From Tubiluchus corallicola (Eukaryota > Animalia > Priapulida): 64,000 bases of DNA. Both the position numbers and the translations under genes were made by a program. The stretch is from contig JAQGDQ010000700.1 of NCBI GenBank assembly GCA_030141605.1, positions 1-64,000 of the forward strand. The letters are read 5' to 3'. This document shows positions 60,169-64,000 of the stretch, one piece after another (position 1 is the first letter of the stretch; each line of letters starts with the position of its first letter). Under the pieces are notes generated by a model. That model saw only the letters and a list, made by a program, of their open reading frames with translations. It searched no databases and was not told where the DNA came from.

Positions 60169-61202
60169 CATTATTCGAACAAGACTTCTAGATCTAGAAA
60201 CAAAACAAGGGGTTTGTTTTATATTTTATGCGTGATACATTGGTTTTTCCAAAAGTAAAATGGCGAACATATTATCTGTAAATTGGCCTCTCATTTTTCA
60301 GCACGTGTATTCTCACTTTTAAGTGTAGCTAGCTATGTTTGCTTTGAATAGCTATTTGAGTGGCGTATGTATAAACAGACCGTATTGTTAACTAGCATAC
60401 ACACAGTTACTATAAGTGTGAGAAATTTAAATCGCGTTTATAACATTTAAAACAGTCTGATGTCAATCGCGGTATAGTCACGCTCAGTAGATGTAGAAAG
60501 ATAATACATAGATGATAAAGTACTTAATTTGTTGTAGTAAGGAAGGACAAGTTTAGATATTTAAGCAAGTTAGTAGCGCTAGTATTAGAATTGTTAAGTA
60601 GATTACGGGTCATTTTCTTTTCAGTTTCTGCGATAGCAACTAATAATGCAGAAAAAACATTACCTACAGAAATAGCACAATCGATGTCATTAAATTTCCG
60701 AATTTGACCACAAATTACTTAATTTGAATAATGACATCTCTAGATGCACTACGTTGTAAAATATACGTTACAGCTCAATATTTCGGCAACCAAATGTAGC
60801 CATTTTCGGGAGAACGATTTTTTTCATTTTCAAAAAAATTAAATATATATGAAAAATCATGTTCTACAAAATGACTGGCCTATATCGACGAAGGCTGTCG
60901 AAATATTGAGCTGTGTTTCTCTATAAATCATTTCTCAATTAATTTATATTTTATATTTCAAATACCTTTTATGACTGACTAGGCGAGTGACTGAAACTCT
61001 AGTAGCCACCAATAGATGTCAGCAGCTTATAAGGGCATCGGTACAATGTTGTTTCTTATATTTGAATACAATTTCATGTTTACCTTGCTTTTTAAAATTT
61101 TTTAATCAAATATGACGAAACTGTAGAATCGGTGTAGAAGTTGAACATTACACGTTCACAAATGCCACCAAATTGTTTTTTTTTTGCAAATACAAAAGAC
61201 TC

Positions 61203-61980
61203 GTGAGATGAGATGACGTGAAGCGAGATGGGATGAGATGAGATGAAGTCAGGTAAGATGAGCTCAGCTAAGCTGAAATGAGATGAGAAGAGATCGAAGT
61301 GAGATGAGATGAGGTAGTGTGAGATTGTGAGATAAGACAACATGAGATGGGCGTGAGCTGAGGTGGGATGAGACGAGAGGAGACGTGGTGAGCTGAGCTG
61401 GGAGATGTGATGAGATGAAGTGAGGTGAAATGAGTGAGATGAACTGGGAGATGTGATGAGATGAAGTGAGGTGAGATGGGTGAGATGAGCTGGGAGATGT
61501 GATGAGATGAAGTGAGGTGAGATGGGTGAGACGAGTTGGGAGATGTGGTGAAGTGAGGTGAGATAGGTGAGACGAGCTGGGAGATGTGATGAGATGAAGT
61601 GAGATGAGATGAGCTGGGAGATGTGATGAGATGAAGTGAGGTGAGATGAGCTGGGAGATGTGATGAGATGAAGTGAGGTGAGTTGGGCAAGACGAGCTGG
61701 GAGACGTGATGAGATGAAGTGAGATGTGATGAGATGAAATGAGAGGAGATGAGCTGGGGGATGTGATGAGATGAAGTGAGGTAAGATGAGCTGGGAGATG
61801 TGATGAGATGAAGTGAGGTGAGTTGGGCAAGACGAGCTGGGAGACGTGATGAGATGAAGTGAGATGTGATGAGATGAAATGAGAGGAGATGAGCTGGGAA
61901 ATATGATTAATGAAGTGAGGTGAGATGAGCTGGGAGATGTGATGAGATGAAATGAGAGGAGATCAGCTGGGAAATGTGAT
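61203..61980. repeat. Purine-rich (TGAGA)-derived satellite, block 1
   Basis: Higher-order units such as GAGCTGGGAGATGTGATGAGATGAAGTGAGGTGAGAT. Confidence 0.92.
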
Positions 61981-63287
61981 GTAACTGCATTGTAAATGTG
62001 TATTTCAAATATATACTATTTTTTGAACATGGAAATGAAAGCTTATCACTGCCCAGAAGTTCAGAGCGATAAAAAGCACTGACGTCTAAATTGAGCTACT
62101 CATGGTCTGTGAAATTACTAGGAAGTAGCTTGGAGTTTTGGAACTCACAAACAAAAGGATCAGTGAGGTGTGTGTTCGCCTATGCATGAGTTTATCCCAG
62201 AAGCAGCGAAATGGAACAAATAAGAGCTGCGTTCGCCTCTTTCAGGGCAGCAAATTAGTGATGTTTTAAGTACGTGTGTGTGTGTGCGCGCGAGCATATC
62301 TGTTTATCTCCCATTATAATACTCAATTGCTTACACTGTTTGCAAAGACTTCGTCTGATTAAAGTCTAAAATGTAGGCGTAGCAATAGAAAATGTTGTTT
62401 CTGTCTATTCTGTGCAAAAAATGGACCGCTGCTTACTTCACAGCCGGCTTAATTTGCCTGTTTTTTGTAACTTACATGCTCATACCGTATAAGGTAAGGC
62501 GCACTTATAAGATTCAGTAACCTAAACGTTCAGGTCTCTGACCTATTAATGGTGCACAGTATCACGCGTATTTACGCATTTTACATGTAAAATTTAAATA
62601 AATGTTGTTTTCTAGTTGAATGTGGAAGAGTTTTCGTCTTCTCGGACTTCATCAGCTGTCATCCATTAAATATACTTCAAGATCTTAGCTGTATCTAATG
62701 GATGTCAGTTAATGAAGTCTGAGAGGAAGAAAGCTCCTGAAAGAATAAAGAATTTTTTTAGATTTTTGACCATGGCAATTCTCAGAAGAGCACTATCTTA
62801 TTTTCAAGCCAGATTACGACGATATTCAATTTACAATGGCAGACTAATGAAATGTAGTCGTTGTTCCATTAACGTCAAGAGACAATTGTTTAATGCTCAC
62901 AGCACACATCTTTACTGTATGTCCATTTGGAGACATTTTTATTTTTACAGTCTTAGGAAACTTAAGGTTGCGTATAATGTATCAGCATGGAAGCTTTTTA
63001 ACTTTTCATAATTATGATATGAGCGCTAGATATATTTCTACTATTTTGATGTGATTCATAGGAAATGTGCATACAGTTTATACATTAGGTTCAACAAGAG
63101 TGAAAATTTTATATGCCAGAGCATTTTAAATAGAGATTTAAACCTTTCTTGTGAAGTGAGATGTCAGTGGCGAAGTTTGTTATTTCGTTAATTATTATTT
63201 GTGTTATCTTCGTGCAAAATTTTATTGTATTCTTGTATTGACTTGTGATGTGCATACGAACTTTGTAAAGTTTTAAATAAAATATTG

Positions 63288-64000
63288 GTGAGATAGGTGA
63301 GACGAGCTGGGAGATGTGATGAGATGAAAGTGAGGTGAGATGGGTGAGACGAGCTTGGAGATATGATGAGATGAAGTGAGATGAGCTGGGAGATATGATT
63401 AATGAAGTGAGGTGAGATGAGCTGGGAGATGCGAGGAGATGAAATGAGAGGAGATGAGCTGGGAAATGTGATGAGATGAAGTGAGGTGAGATGGGCGAGA
63501 CGAGCTGTGAGTTGTGATGAGATGAAGTGAGATGAGATGAGCTGGGAGATGTGATGAGGCGAAGTGAGATGAGCTGGGAGATATGATTAATGAAGTGAGG
63601 TGAGATGAGCTGGGAGATGCGAGGAGATGAAATGAGAGGACATGAGCTGGGAAATGTGATGAGATGAAGTGAGATGAGCTGGGAGATATGATTAATGAAG
63701 TGAGGTGAGATGAGCTGGGAGATGCGAGGAGATGAAATGAGAGGACATGAGCTGGGAAATGTGATGAGATGAAGTGAGATGAGCTGGGAGATATGATTAA
63801 TGAAGTGAGGTGAGATGAGCTGGGAGATGCGAGGAGATGAAATGAGAGGAGATGAGCTGGGAAATGTGATGAGATGAAGTGAGATGAGCTGGGAGATATG
63901 ATTAATGAAGTGAGATGAGAGGAGCTGGGAGATGCGATGAGATGAAATGAGAAGAGATGAATTGAGATGAGTGGAGCTGGGAAATGTGATGAGATGAAGT
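63288..64000. repeat. Purine-rich (TGAGA)-derived satellite, block 2 (runs off the window)
   Basis: Same units and orientation as block 1. Confidence 0.92.

Noticed and set aside
61092-61830. His/Ser/Leu-rich ORFs on the minus strand
   Set aside because: Translations of the pentamer satellite.

Overview
AT-rich animal (invertebrate bilaterian-type) genomic DNA with spliceosomal introns; not prokaryotic. The window is dominated by one complete multi-exon tomosyn/STXBP5 gene (+ strand, CDS 2479..41715). I could assemble 26 phase-consistent constitutive coding exons by hand, plus a complex alternatively spliced hypervariable region at about 23.4-29 kb. Its second intron carries U12-type (minor spliceosome) signals. 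Divergent from it, and missed by the ORF track, is the first coding exon of a Rieske [2Fe-2S] domain gene (- strand, 650..818), with an NRF1-type palindrome in the shared upstream region. Downstream lie three compact genes linked to glycans or the extracellular space: a galactose-3-O-sulfotransferase (2 coding exons), an intronless secreted EGF-EGF-divergent F5/8C (discoidin) protein, and an intronless GT92/DUF23 glycosyltransferase. Non-coding DNA contains Tc1/mariner-, Harbinger- and hAT-like MITEs, tRNA-derived SINEs, RTE-type LINE fragments, a near-perfect 266-bp palindrome, minisatellites and a purine-rich (TGAGA)-based satellite. All calls are by-eye readings of the sequence; no database searches were run.
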